From Acidobacteriota bacterium (GTDB taxonomy: Bacteria; Acidobacteriota; UBA6911; RPQK01; JADFOI01): a DNA stretch of 30,132 nt. Below, piece by piece: positions 1-8,095 of this stretch. The notes beneath the pieces are model-generated. The model was not told the origin of the DNA, did no database searches, and saw only the letters and a program-made list of their open reading frames with translations. The DNA lies in assembly GCA_029942065.1 (NCBI GenBank), contig JAPYTY010000001.1, positions 1 through 30,132 on the forward strand, in the 5' to 3' direction. The position numbers and the translations under genes are program-made. Position 1 is the stretch's first letter. Each line of letters opens with the position of its first letter.

Positions 1-2
1 AA

Positions 3-221
3 AGCGGCATCCATCCTGACTATCAAATAGTGGCAGTGAGTTGCGCCTGTGGGAATAAATGGGAAACGCGCTCCACCTGCACAGGTGAAATCCGTTTGGA
101 GATTTGCTCTCAATGCCATCCCTTTTTTACGGGCAAGCAAAAGCTTATCGACACTGCAGGGCGAGTGGAGCGATTTCACCGAAAATACGGAAAGCTCCAG
201 AGGGAAAGTTCCTCAGATTAA
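3..221 (+). CDS. rpmE: 50S ribosomal protein L31 (zinc-binding type), 5'-truncated by the window edge
   Basis: Frame from nt 3 reads [18 protein letters not shown]...[26 protein letters not shown]. This has the L31 signatures (GIHP, CxC, CxxCHPFFTG, GRVERF). The true start lies just upstream of the window. Confidence 0.97.
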   Translation, partial: SGIHPDYQIVAVSCACGNKWETRSTCTGEIRLEICSQCHPFFTGKQKLIDTAGRVERFHRKYGKLQRESSSD

Positions 222-230
222 CCACCGGCT

Positions 231-1304
231 ATGCTTGAGAAGCTTCGGGGACTGGAAAAGGCTTACGACAAGCTCACGGAGACCCTGGCCGACCCTGAAG
301 TCGTTTCTTCGCCTGAAAGATATCGCAAAACTGCCCAGGCCCATGCTGAGCTGAGCGCAATTGTCGACAAATACCGCGGCTACAAGTCCCTCCTGGAGGA
401 AATTGCCGGAACGAAGGGGCTCCTGGAAGAGGAAGAAGACCAGGAGTTGCTTGAAATGGCCCGCCAGGAATTTCAAGAGCTGGAGGAGCGGCAGGCTTTC
501 GCCGAGGAAGCGCTCAGGGCCCTCCTTCTCCCCAAGGATCCGAATGACAAGAAGAGCGTCATTCTGGAAATACGCGCGGGTACAGGGGGAGATGAGGCCA
601 CTCTCTTCGCTCAGGGCATTTTCCGGATGTACTCCCGGTACGCAGAAAATCGAGGCTGGAAGGTTGAAGTACTCTCGGCCAATCAGTCCTCGGTGGGGGG
701 CTTCAAGGAGGTCATTGGGCTCATCCAGGGAGAAAATGCCTACAGCCGACTCAAGTATGAAAGCGGGGTTCATCGGGTCCAGAGAGTGCCTGAAACAGAG
801 ACTCAGGGTCGGCTGCACACTTCTGCGGTGACCGTCGCCATCTTGCCCGAGGTTGACGAGGTAGATGTCAAGATTGATCCCAAGGAAATTCGGGTGGACC
901 GATTCTGCTCCTCCGGGCCAGGAGGGCAGTCCGTCAATACCACTTACTCGGCCATACGCATCACTCACCTTCCCACCGGAGAGGTGGTCAGCTGCCAGGA
1001 TGAAAAGTCTCAGATCAAGAACAAGGCCAAGGCCCTCAAGGTTCTACGCTCGCGACTGTACGAAAAGGCCCTGCAGGAGCAGCAAAGTGAGATCGCCGAG
1101 ACGCGGCGGGCCATGGTGGGAAGTGGCGATCGTAGTGAAAAAATCAGAACCTACAACTATCCACAGAATCGGGTCACCGACCACCGGGTGGGCCTCTCTC
1201 TGCATCAGCTCGCCGCCATCATGGAAGGTGCCCTGGACGTCATTATCGATGCATTGATTTCCTCGGATCGGGAGAGCGCTCTGCGTGACCAGAAGCTCGG
1301 CTGA
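231..1304 (+). CDS. prfA: Peptide chain release factor 1
   Basis: GPGGQSVN (GGQ), RVPETE (PxT RF1 specificity loop), EIRAGTGGDEA, RTYNYPQNRVTDHR; sits between rpmE and prmC. Confidence 0.98.
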   Translation: MLEKLRGLEKAYDKLTETLADPEVVSSPERYRKTAQAHAELSAIVDKYRGYKSLLEEIAGTKGLLEEEEDQELLEMARQEFQELEERQAFAEEALRALLLPKDPNDKKSVILEIRAGTGGDEATLFAQGIFRMYSRYAENRGWKVEVLSANQSSVGGFKEVIGLIQGENAYSRLKYESGVHRVQRVPETETQGRLHTSAVTVAILPEVDEVDVKIDPKEIRVDRFCSSGPGGQSVNTTYSAIRITHLPTGEVVSCQDEKSQIKNKAKALKVLRSRLYEKALQEQQSEIAETRRAMVGSGDRSEKIRTYNYPQNRVTDHRVGLSLHQLAAIMEGALDVIIDALISSDRESALRDQKLG

Positions 1305-1334
1305 TCACATGCGGCACCTCGCCTCCTCAATGAC

Positions 1335-2213
1335 GTGACCATCAAAGAAGCGCTTCAGTTCGGGGCCAGCTATTTGGCCGAGCATCAACTCCGGTCCCCT
1401 CGAGAGGACGCAGAACTTCTGGTTGCCTCCATTCTGCAATGCGAGCGCTCCTTTCTTTATACCTATCCGGAAGAACAGCTCTCCTCGGGGCGGCAGCGGC
1501 TTTTTCACCAGTGGCTGACCAGGCGTGGCCAGCACTACCCCTTGCAATACCTTCGCGGCAAGCAGGAATTCTACGGTCGGGAGTTTTTGGTGCGGCCGGG
1601 AGTTTTCATCCCTCGGCCGGAAACCGAACTGCTCCTGGAAGCGGCGCTGGAACTGCTTGGGCAAAGCCTGGAAAAGGAGTTGCAAATTGCCGACGTAGGC
1701 ACAGGATCCGGATGTGTAGCGGTCACCCTGGCATGCGAGGAACCTCGCGCTCGGGTCGCCGCGATCGACATCTCCTCGGCGGCGCTGCAGGCGGCGCGGC
1801 AAAACGCTGAATTCCACCGGTGCCAGGGCCAGATTCGTTTTTATGAAGGGGCGGCTCTCCACCCCCTCAAGGCTCAACAGCAGCGCCTCCACCTGGTCAT
1901 CTCGAATCCTCCCTACGTCAGCACTCTGGACAGAGAGTCGATTGATCTGGCCGTCAGTCGATACGAGCCGGACGAGGCGGTCTTCTCGGGTAAATCGGGC
2001 CATGAAATGTACTTGGAGTTGTTTCGGCAAGGCGGGGAAGTGCTCCGCCCGGAAGGGAAGCTGATCGTGGAGTCGGGCTGGGGAGAAGCCGCCAGCGTGA
2101 CCCGGTTGGCCGAAGAGAACGGGTGGTTTCTGGAAGAAACGAGAAAGGATCTGGCCGGCACGGACCGGTGCGCGATTTTTGGGGTGCGGGGAGAAACCAA
2201 GTCGTTTTTTTGA
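1335..2213 (+). CDS. prmC: Release factor glutamine N5-methyltransferase (HemK/PrmC)
   Basis: VFIPRPETE, DVGTGSGC SAM motif, SNPPY motif; follows prfA. The GTG start has no visible Shine-Dalgarno, so the exact start is uncertain. Confidence 0.95.
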   Translation: MTIKEALQFGASYLAEHQLRSPREDAELLVASILQCERSFLYTYPEEQLSSGRQRLFHQWLTRRGQHYPLQYLRGKQEFYGREFLVRPGVFIPRPETELLLEAALELLGQSLEKELQIADVGTGSGCVAVTLACEEPRARVAAIDISSAALQAARQNAEFHRCQGQIRFYEGAALHPLKAQQQRLHLVISNPPYVSTLDRESIDLAVSRYEPDEAVFSGKSGHEMYLELFRQGGEVLRPEGKLIVESGWGEAASVTRLAEENGWFLEETRKDLAGTDRCAIFGVRGETKSFF

Positions 2214-2236
2214 TATGGTTTCAAGGAGCGCTTTTT

Positions 2237-2575
2237 ATGTCCCCTTGTATTTTCTGCCAAGTTGTCCAGGGAGAGTTGGACTCGGAGGTTGTCCAGGAAG
2301 ACGATCGGGCTTTAGCCTTCAAGGATGTCAACCCCCAGGCGCCCACCCATTTCCTGGTCATTCCGAAAGAGCACATCCCTTCCCTGTCTGAAGTCCCTGA
2401 GGGGAAAGGGGATCTTTTGGGGCACCTGCTCTTGATGACCTGTCAAATTGCCCGCGCTCAAGGGCTGGATGCTTACCGGGTGATCATCAATGACGGCACG
2501 GGGGCAGGGCAGACCGTATTCCACCTACACCTGCACCTGCTGGCTGGGCGGACGTTCAGCTGGCCGCCGGGGTAG
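2237..2575 (+). CDS. hinT: HIT-family nucleotide-binding protein (HinT-like), 112 aa
   Basis: MSPCIFCQ...FKDVNPQAPTHFLVIPKEHI...GQTVFHLHLHLLAGR (histidine triad). AAGGAG at 2223-2228 supports ATG 2237 rather than the track start at 2123. Confidence 0.93.
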   Translation: MSPCIFCQVVQGELDSEVVQEDDRALAFKDVNPQAPTHFLVIPKEHIPSLSEVPEGKGDLLGHLLLMTCQIARAQGLDAYRVIINDGTGAGQTVFHLHLHLLAGRTFSWPPG

Positions 2576-2659
2576 ACCGGAACAAACAGCGCCGCCTGAG
2601 CGAATCCCTCCTTATGGGGCAGGGCTTGGTGAGGCGGTTTTGCCGAGACCCGAGGAGTT

Positions 2660-3235
2660 ATGCCAATGCCAATGCCACCTCCAATGGATGAATTGATCAG
2701 GCAGATGCTTGAGCGCCTGGGAGAGGATACCGAGCGGGAGGGACTCGCGAATACGCCGTCTCGGGCTGCCGCAACCTACCGGTTTCTCACCAAGGGCTAC
2801 CAGGAAAACGCCGACGAAATCCTCAATGGGGCGCTCTTTGAGGTGGAATATGACGAGATGGTGGTCATCAAAAACATCGAGGTCTACAGCCTGTGCGAGC
2901 ACCACCTTCTTCCTTTTTTTGGCAAATGCCATGTGGGCTACGTGCCCTCCAATAAAATCATCGGCCTGAGCAAGATTCCTCGGCTGGTTGATATGTTTGC
3001 CCGTCGTCTCCAGGTGCAAGAGAGGCTAACCCAGCAAATCGCTGAAACCATCGAAAAGTACGCAGAGCCAAAAGGAGTCGGGGTCATCATTCAGGCCCAG
3101 CATTTGTGCATGATGATGCGTGGCGTTGAAAAACAAAACACTCAGGTCACCACCTCCGCGCTTCTGGGCAAGTTTCGCCAGGACCAGCGGTCGCGGGCAG
3201 AGTTCCTCAACCTGGCGCAGGTCGACACCCGATGA
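2660..3235 (+). CDS. folE: GTP cyclohydrolase I (type IA)
   Basis: [47 protein letters not shown]; GAGGAG upstream of ATG 2660. Confidence 0.97.
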   Translation: MPMPMPPPMDELIRQMLERLGEDTEREGLANTPSRAAATYRFLTKGYQENADEILNGALFEVEYDEMVVIKNIEVYSLCEHHLLPFFGKCHVGYVPSNKIIGLSKIPRLVDMFARRLQVQERLTQQIAETIEKYAEPKGVGVIIQAQHLCMMMRGVEKQNTQVTTSALLGKFRQDQRSRAEFLNLAQVDTR

Positions 3236-4689
3236 GTTGGCCGGGAAGGGCGCCCCCTCGAATTCTATTCTGCCTCTGGCTCCTTTTCGCGGCGGCCTGG
3301 GGCAACGTCGAATCCGCCTGTGGCCAGACCTCCAACCCCATGGGCCAGGAAAACATACGGGTTGAGGTCAATCTGGCAACCCTGCGATTCACCGTCAAGA
3401 AGCCGGATGGATCCCTTCTCAACGACCTGCTCCAAGAGGACTTCAGGGTGTTCGAAGGCGGAACCCCTCAGGAAATCGCATTTTTCGACGCCCCCCGCAA
3501 TCAAGGCGGTGCGGCCGCGCCTCTGCGGCTCGCCTTCTTGATTGATGTCAGCGGCAGCACCTTTGCCACTCGCGCCGAAGAAATCGCAGCGGCCTCGACC
3601 TTCCTCGAAAATGTGCATGATTTCACCGAGGTGGGGATCTTTGGTTTTACCGATGAACTGGCCCCTTTCCAGGACTTCACGGCGGATCGCTCTCTGGCCC
3701 AGAAGGCCTTATCCCGAGCAAGGCGACCTCTGGGCAGGACCGCCTTGTACTCGTCCCTGGAGGAACTCCTGCGGCATATTCGCACTCAACCCGCGGCGGC
3801 TGATCGCAACGTGGTCATCCTGATCTCCGATGGCATGGATGACGCCTACCAGGGCGCCCAGCAGGCCATCGAGCTGGCCCGGCGCTCCAACGTGGTTATC
3901 TACGCCATCCTGGTGCCATCCGCGGCGCAACTCTACATCGGCCCGACTTCACCGGCGGCGGCGGCGGCTCCGACCGCAGCTCAGTCGTCGAATGACGATC
4001 GCAAAGAAAAAGAGGCCGCCTTTTCCAGCCTCTCGATTGGCACCAACGGAAAGCACTTCAGTGGATTTGAGGCCATCCTGAACTTTGACGATGTGATGGC
4101 TCAAATCAACGATGATGTTTTTGGCAACCTTTACTCCATCGGCTACTACACGGATGATCCGTATCGAGACAAGGCCCAGAGGAATATTCGCGTCCAGATC
4201 AGCCACCCGGAGGCCTACATCCCCGCTCGATTCGAGCATCTTCCGGACAGCCTGCTGGCCAAGAAGAATTTCGTTGCAGCGCTTTTTGACAGCGATGCCA
4301 TCGCCAGCCTGATCGACAACCTCTATACCTTCCATGAAATCGGTGCCGATATGGACCTGCTCTCCGTCCGGCGGGAAGGAGGTCGGTTTGGACTCCCCTT
4401 TCGTATCAAGATCAGCCCCCACCCCTTGCGGGGGGAGAAGGGCAACGTCAGGACCCAATTTGGGGTCATCGGGTTGCTGCTGGATCAACAGGGCAGGGAG
4501 GTGGTAAGGCTGCGGGAGATTTTCCGCGTGGACCTGGACAGCAAGGATATCCGTAATGGTCGAGGAATTATCTACACCAACACCCTCTACGCTCCCCCCG
4601 GAACCTATGCCCTGAAGATTGCCCTCCTGGAGATTGCCACCTGGAAGCTGACCTCTTTTTCCAAAATCGCTCGAATCCGGGAGAATTAG
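3232..4689 (+). CDS. Exported VWA (MIDAS) domain protein of the acidobacterial VWFA-related type, with a C-terminal extension
   Basis: Hydrophobic N-terminal signal-like segment; [11 protein letters not shown]...L..EDFRVFE leader; MIDAS DVSGS, GRTALY, ISDGMD; ATGA overlap with folE. Confidence 0.85.
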   Translation: MSWPGRAPPRILFCLWLLFAAAWGNVESACGQTSNPMGQENIRVEVNLATLRFTVKKPDGSLLNDLLQEDFRVFEGGTPQEIAFFDAPRNQGGAAAPLRLAFLIDVSGSTFATRAEEIAAASTFLENVHDFTEVGIFGFTDELAPFQDFTADRSLAQKALSRARRPLGRTALYSSLEELLRHIRTQPAAADRNVVILISDGMDDAYQGAQQAIELARRSNVVIYAILVPSAAQLYIGPTSPAAAAAPTAAQSSNDDRKEKEAAFSSLSIGTNGKHFSGFEAILNFDDVMAQINDDVFGNLYSIGYYTDDPYRDKAQRNIRVQISHPEAYIPARFEHLPDSLLAKKNFVAALFDSDAIASLIDNLYTFHEIGADMDLLSVRREGGRFGLPFRIKISPHPLRGEKGNVRTQFGVIGLLLDQQGREVVRLREIFRVDLDSKDIRNGRGIIYTNTLYAPPGTYALKIALLEIATWKLTSFSKIARIREN

Positions 4690-4710
4690 GCGCTGGCCTT
4701 TGGCCAGCGC
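4690..4710. terminator. Perfect 9-bp hairpin just after the VWA gene stop; possible terminator between convergent genes
   Basis: GCGCTGGCC-TTT-GGCCAGCGC. It lacks a strong U-tract, so its function is inferred. Confidence 0.45.
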
Positions 4711-4745
4711 GTTCCAGGTTCCACGGTCCACGGTCCACGTTTCAC
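4711..4745 (+). repeat. Five imperfect tandem heptamers (G[T/G]T[C/T]CA[C/G])
   Basis: GTTCCAG GTTCCAC GGTCCAC GGTCCAC GTTTCAC. A related inverted copy lies at 25171-25186 (reverse complement GTTTCAGGTTTCACGG, 14/16 identical to 4711-4726). Confidence 0.8.
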
Positions 4746-4754
4746 GAAAGAAGC

Positions 4755-4788
4755 AGGGGCGCTCGCCGATTCCGGAAGGCCGCTACAA
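4755..4788 (-). repeat. Degenerate GTAG-type REP-like copy
   Basis: Reverse complement begins TTGTAGCGGCC and ends GAGCGCCCC, matching the ends of the copies at 20723, 22758 and 22990. Confidence 0.5.
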
Positions 4789-4872
4789 CGACCTTACCGT
4801 GGGCGCACGGCCTTGCGACCCCGACTGTGTCGGCTAAGATTTGAAGGGCAAGGCAAAGGAACGAATTTTCTT

Positions 4873-4896
4873 CTCTGTGCCTCCGCGTCTCTGTGG
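4873..4896 (+). repeat. Three tandem octamers CTC[T/C]G[T/C]G[C/T/G]
   Basis: CTCTGTGC CTCCGCGT CTCTGTGG preceded by TCTT. The same family occurs inverted at 29996-30015. Confidence 0.65.
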
Positions 4897-4904
4897 TGAA
4901 GGCC

Positions 4905-5627
4905 TTACAAATTCGTTGCGCTCCCCCAGTGCGCTTCGCACTCGTGCCGGAGTCGATCCATCTCGCTCTGGGCCTGCTCCATTCCGTTGGCCTCATCCTG
5001 CCCAGGCAAAATAGTCAGAGGTCGGCCGATCTTCACCAGGACTCGGCTGAAAGGCTTTGGGATGCGAAAGCCGTCCCAGCTCTTGAGGCTCCAAAAGCTC
5101 TTGGGTTGGATGTGAAAGGGCAGCATGGATGCTCCCGTCTTGCGCGACAGCCACACCGGACCCTTCTTCAACTTGTAAGCGGGGCCCCTTGGGCCGTCTG
5201 CAGTGAAAGCGACGTCTCGCCCTTGCCGGATGCAGCGCCTCAATTCAAGGAGCGCAGAGGCCGCGCCCCGACTACTGGAACCTCGCGCCGAGCCATAGCC
5301 GAATCTCCTGATAATTCCAGCAATGGCTTCCCCATCGAAATGCCTGCTGGTGAGCACGACAATACTTCTAGATCGCCAGAGATGAGTTGCAGAGAAAATT
5401 TGGTTGTGCCAGAAACAATAGATAATAGGGTTTTTCTGCTTGGACTCCTGGAAGTGTTTCCAGCCTTCAATCTGGTAGCGCAGGGTTGATCCAACGACCC
5501 AAACCAGCAACCATCCCAGGAAGCTGAGCAGGGAAATTCCGACTCGCTGCTGCCAGGTGAAGGTCGTCACGGCTTTTCCGCCCTTCCCTTGCCGATCGGG
5601 TCCCTCGCCTTCCATCATGGCCCACAT
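4905..5627 (-). CDS. Lysophospholipid acyltransferase-superfamily protein (DUF374-like)
   Basis: FWHNQ, LTSRHFDGEAIA, RGSSSRG, ADGPRGP, SWDGFRIPKPFS. The start could be 5618 or 5615. Confidence 0.88.
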   Translation of the reverse strand: MWAMMEGEGPDRQGKGGKAVTTFTWQQRVGISLLSFLGWLLVWVVGSTLRYQIEGWKHFQESKQKNPIIYCFWHNQIFSATHLWRSRSIVVLTSRHFDGEAIAGIIRRFGYGSARGSSSRGAASALLELRRCIRQGRDVAFTADGPRGPAYKLKKGPVWLSRKTGASMLPFHIQPKSFWSLKSWDGFRIPKPFSRVLVKIGRPLTILPGQDEANGMEQAQSEMDRLRHECEAHWGSATNL

Positions 5628-5675
5628 TTACCCATAGGTTGGCTTCGCTTCGCTCAGATGAAGGCAACTTCGTGG

Positions 5676-6434
5676 TTATCTCTCCAGCGATCCGTGGTGG
5701 TCGGCAACTTCGGAGAGGTCCTTATCGAGAGCCGAAAGCTTCTGGATGAATCGCTTGCGCCACTTGGCTGCGTGGGGATTCTCGCGCTCCATATCCAAAA
5801 ACAGTTGATCGGTATCGTGTTGTACGCTCTCAATTAAACGATAGAAAGCCTCCGGCCCCGGCGTTGAGATGGCCTGCCGACCCCAATCGAGCTGCTTCAT
5901 GGCCTGGGCGATTAGATGGAAAACGGCCTGACTTTTGGCGATTTGCAGGTCATGCTCCTCGGGCGTCGCCTCGATGACAACCAGCTTCAAGCTTTCCAGG
6001 TAACGGCGGATCGAGTCGTACGTTTCTTCCTTGATTCGAACCGGGCACAACGCGATTTTCAACCCGGCGATCCGCTCCCTGCCGCTGTCCGGGCCAAAAA
6101 GCGGATGAGTCCCGAGGATTTCTACTGTTTCGGGAAGGTGGGTCAACATCCACTCAGCCGGCCCCACCTTTACGCTGCAAGTATCCACGACAACCTGGCC
6201 TTCGCCTAACAGCGGGGCCATCTTCTGACAAAACTTTTCCATTCCCGAAATGGGCACACACAAGATGATCAGCGGGGCCGAAAGGGTCTCCTCGAGAGTG
6301 GCGCGCTCGGGGAGATCTTGGATTTTTTCCGGGTTGTGATTGTAGACTCTTAGCTTTTTACCCCGGCGCAAGTGCTCATAGGCCATTTTGCCAAAACGGC
6401 CAAATCCTACAAGTCCGACCTCTTCAAATTTCAC
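5676..6434 (-). CDS. tyrA: Prephenate/arogenate dehydrogenase (monofunctional TyrA family)
   Basis: VGFGRFG Rossmann motif, DTCSVK, GTHPLFGP, EEHDLQIAKSQ. Confidence 0.9.
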   Translation of the reverse strand: MKFEEVGLVGFGRFGKMAYEHLRRGKKLRVYNHNPEKIQDLPERATLEETLSAPLIILCVPISGMEKFCQKMAPLLGEGQVVVDTCSVKVGPAEWMLTHLPETVEILGTHPLFGPDSGRERIAGLKIALCPVRIKEETYDSIRRYLESLKLVVIEATPEEHDLQIAKSQAVFHLIAQAMKQLDWGRQAISTPGPEAFYRLIESVQHDTDQLFLDMERENPHAAKWRKRFIQKLSALDKDLSEVADHHGSLER

Positions 6435-6442
6435 GGGCTGTC

Positions 6443-6452
6443 ATTATATAAT
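6443..6452. promoter_or_regulatory. Palindromic bidirectional -10 element
   Basis: ATTATATAAT is its own reverse complement, giving TATAAT on + (6447-6452) and on - (6448-6443). It fills the 23-bp gap between the divergent tyrA and CBM9-like genes. Confidence 0.7.
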
Positions 6453-6457
6453 AAACC

Positions 6458-7126
6458 TTGAGGATGCCTGAAAACTCTCTCTTTAGCCTCCATGCGGAAG
6501 AGGCGGACGACGCCCTTTTCGATCCGGCCTGTGCCCTTTGGGCTCGATGTGAGCCGGCGGCGATTGACCGGTTTTGGAGCGGCAAATCGGCCCTGCGCGA
6601 AAGAGGTCACAACTGGCCCGACCTGACCCATGTTCGCTCGTTATGGAGCAACGAAGCTCTTTTTTTCTATGTCGAATCCTGGTTTGACTCGCTTAACGTC
6701 AATCCCGACTGGGGGACCGGGGAGGCCACCCGGGACCTGGCGGACAAAGATGTGATCGAGGTCTTCCTGAGGCCGGAGGGATCGGATCACTATTACGAAT
6801 TTGAGGTCAGCCCTCTTGGGCAATGGCTCGACGTGTGTATCATGAGGCCCCGTGTCGAGATAGATGCCGACTGGCAATCCAGCATGGCGGTAAGGGTGAT
6901 TTCGACTGAAGGCGAGGGAGTCTGGCGAGCTTTCCTTAGGGTCCCCTATCAACCCATGATGGCGCCACCTCCAGGGGTGGGCGCCGCCTGGCGGCTGAAC
7001 CTGTTTCGCATCGCCGGGCTGGAGCCCGCACGTGATTACCTTGCGTGGCGGCCGACTTTCACGGAGCGCCCCGATTTTCACGTACCCTGGGCCTTCGGCC
7101 ACCTGATCTTTTTGGATGGTGCCTAG
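6458..7126 (+). CDS. Carbohydrate-binding family 9-like (DOMON-like) protein
   Basis: VRSLWSNEALFF, DVIEVFLRP, YYEFEVSPLG, WRLNLFR, LAWRPT..PDFHVPWAFG. The start may be ATG 6464. Confidence 0.82.
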   Translation: MRMPENSLFSLHAEEADDALFDPACALWARCEPAAIDRFWSGKSALRERGHNWPDLTHVRSLWSNEALFFYVESWFDSLNVNPDWGTGEATRDLADKDVIEVFLRPEGSDHYYEFEVSPLGQWLDVCIMRPRVEIDADWQSSMAVRVISTEGEGVWRAFLRVPYQPMMAPPPGVGAAWRLNLFRIAGLEPARDYLAWRPTFTERPDFHVPWAFGHLIFLDGA

Positions 7127-8095
7127 ATGCCTCTGGACCCTTCGGCTCTTTCGATAGCTGAAATTCGGGAGCACCTGCTCGGCCATTCGGGATCCCCTTC
7201 CACCCGCCTGCTCGGCAAGTTGCAAAGGGATCCGAGAAAAGGCGTCCAACGGATTTACCGGCGGCTGAAAAAACGGCAAAAAGAAGAGGGGCTGGAGCGC
7301 CGGCGCGGCGCGGTGATGTTGCGGTTGGAACGAAACCTGTGGAACTCCGGAATCCGCCACATCGCGGGAGTGGATGAGGTCGGGGTGGGCCCTCTGGCCG
7401 GCCCGGTGGTGGCAGCCTCCGTCATGTTCCCGCCCCAGGCCATGGTCCCGGGAGTTGACGACTCGAAGCGCGTCAGCCCGGAAACCCGAGAGCGGCTGGC
7501 GCTGAAAATTCGAGGGCAGGCTTTGGGGGTGGGGATCGGGGTGGCGGAAGTGGAGGAAATTGAACGGCTCAACGTGTACCACGCGAGCCTGTTGGCCATG
7601 AGGCGCGCCGTTGCACGGCTCCCGATAACTCCCGAGCACCTTCTGGTTGATGCCCGGAAAATCCCTGAAGTCTCGATTCCTCAGAGCAGCTTCAAGAAAG
7701 GGGACCGCCTGAGCTTTTCCATTGCAGCCGCCTCCATCATCGCCAAAACCTACCGCGATCAGCTCATGGTTGAAATGGACAAATCTTATCCCAGATATGG
7801 ATTCGCTCAACACAAGGGCTACTGTACTCCCGCCCACATGGAGGCCATCAGGCGTTTTGGCCCCTCGGACGTTCACCGAAAATCCTTCGCCTTCATCCAG
7901 GAGCTTTGCGGCCGGCACTCCAGCTTGTTTTACCAGCTCAAGAAAGAGCTTCTGGCGGCGGTCACCGCCGCAGAGCTGCGCGCCTTCGAGGAAGAATTCG
8001 GAGCTCGTCGAGCGGAGCTTGGCCCAGATGAGCGCCGAAAAATCGCACTGCTGCTGACCCGGCGCAGTGTTCGATTCGCGCCCACTTTGAAATGA
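7127..8095 (+). CDS. rnhB: Ribonuclease HII with N- and C-terminal extensions
   Basis: AGVDEVGVGPLAGPVVAA, DDSKR, LLVDA, KGDRLSFSIAAASIIAKTYRD, HKGY, HRKSF. Confidence 0.95.
   Translation: MPLDPSALSIAEIREHLLGHSGSPSTRLLGKLQRDPRKGVQRIYRRLKKRQKEEGLERRRGAVMLRLERNLWNSGIRHIAGVDEVGVGPLAGPVVAASVMFPPQAMVPGVDDSKRVSPETRERLALKIRGQALGVGIGVAEVEEIERLNVYHASLLAMRRAVARLPITPEHLLVDARKIPEVSIPQSSFKKGDRLSFSIAAASIIAKTYRDQLMVEMDKSYPRYGFAQHKGYCTPAHMEAIRRFGPSDVHRKSFAFIQELCGRHSSLFYQLKKELLAAVTAAELRAFEEEFGARRAELGPDERRKIALLLTRRSVRFAPTLK

Noticed and set aside
4690-4900. CRISPR array suggested by clustered repeats
   Set aside because: Units are 7-8 bp in tandem with no unique spacers, and there are no cas genes.
7124-7129. 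In-frame stop-start junctions (TAG-ATG at 7124-7129, TAA-ATG at 16954-16959) as readthrough fusions
   Set aside because: Abutting stop and start codons are ordinary translational coupling; no recoding signal is visible.
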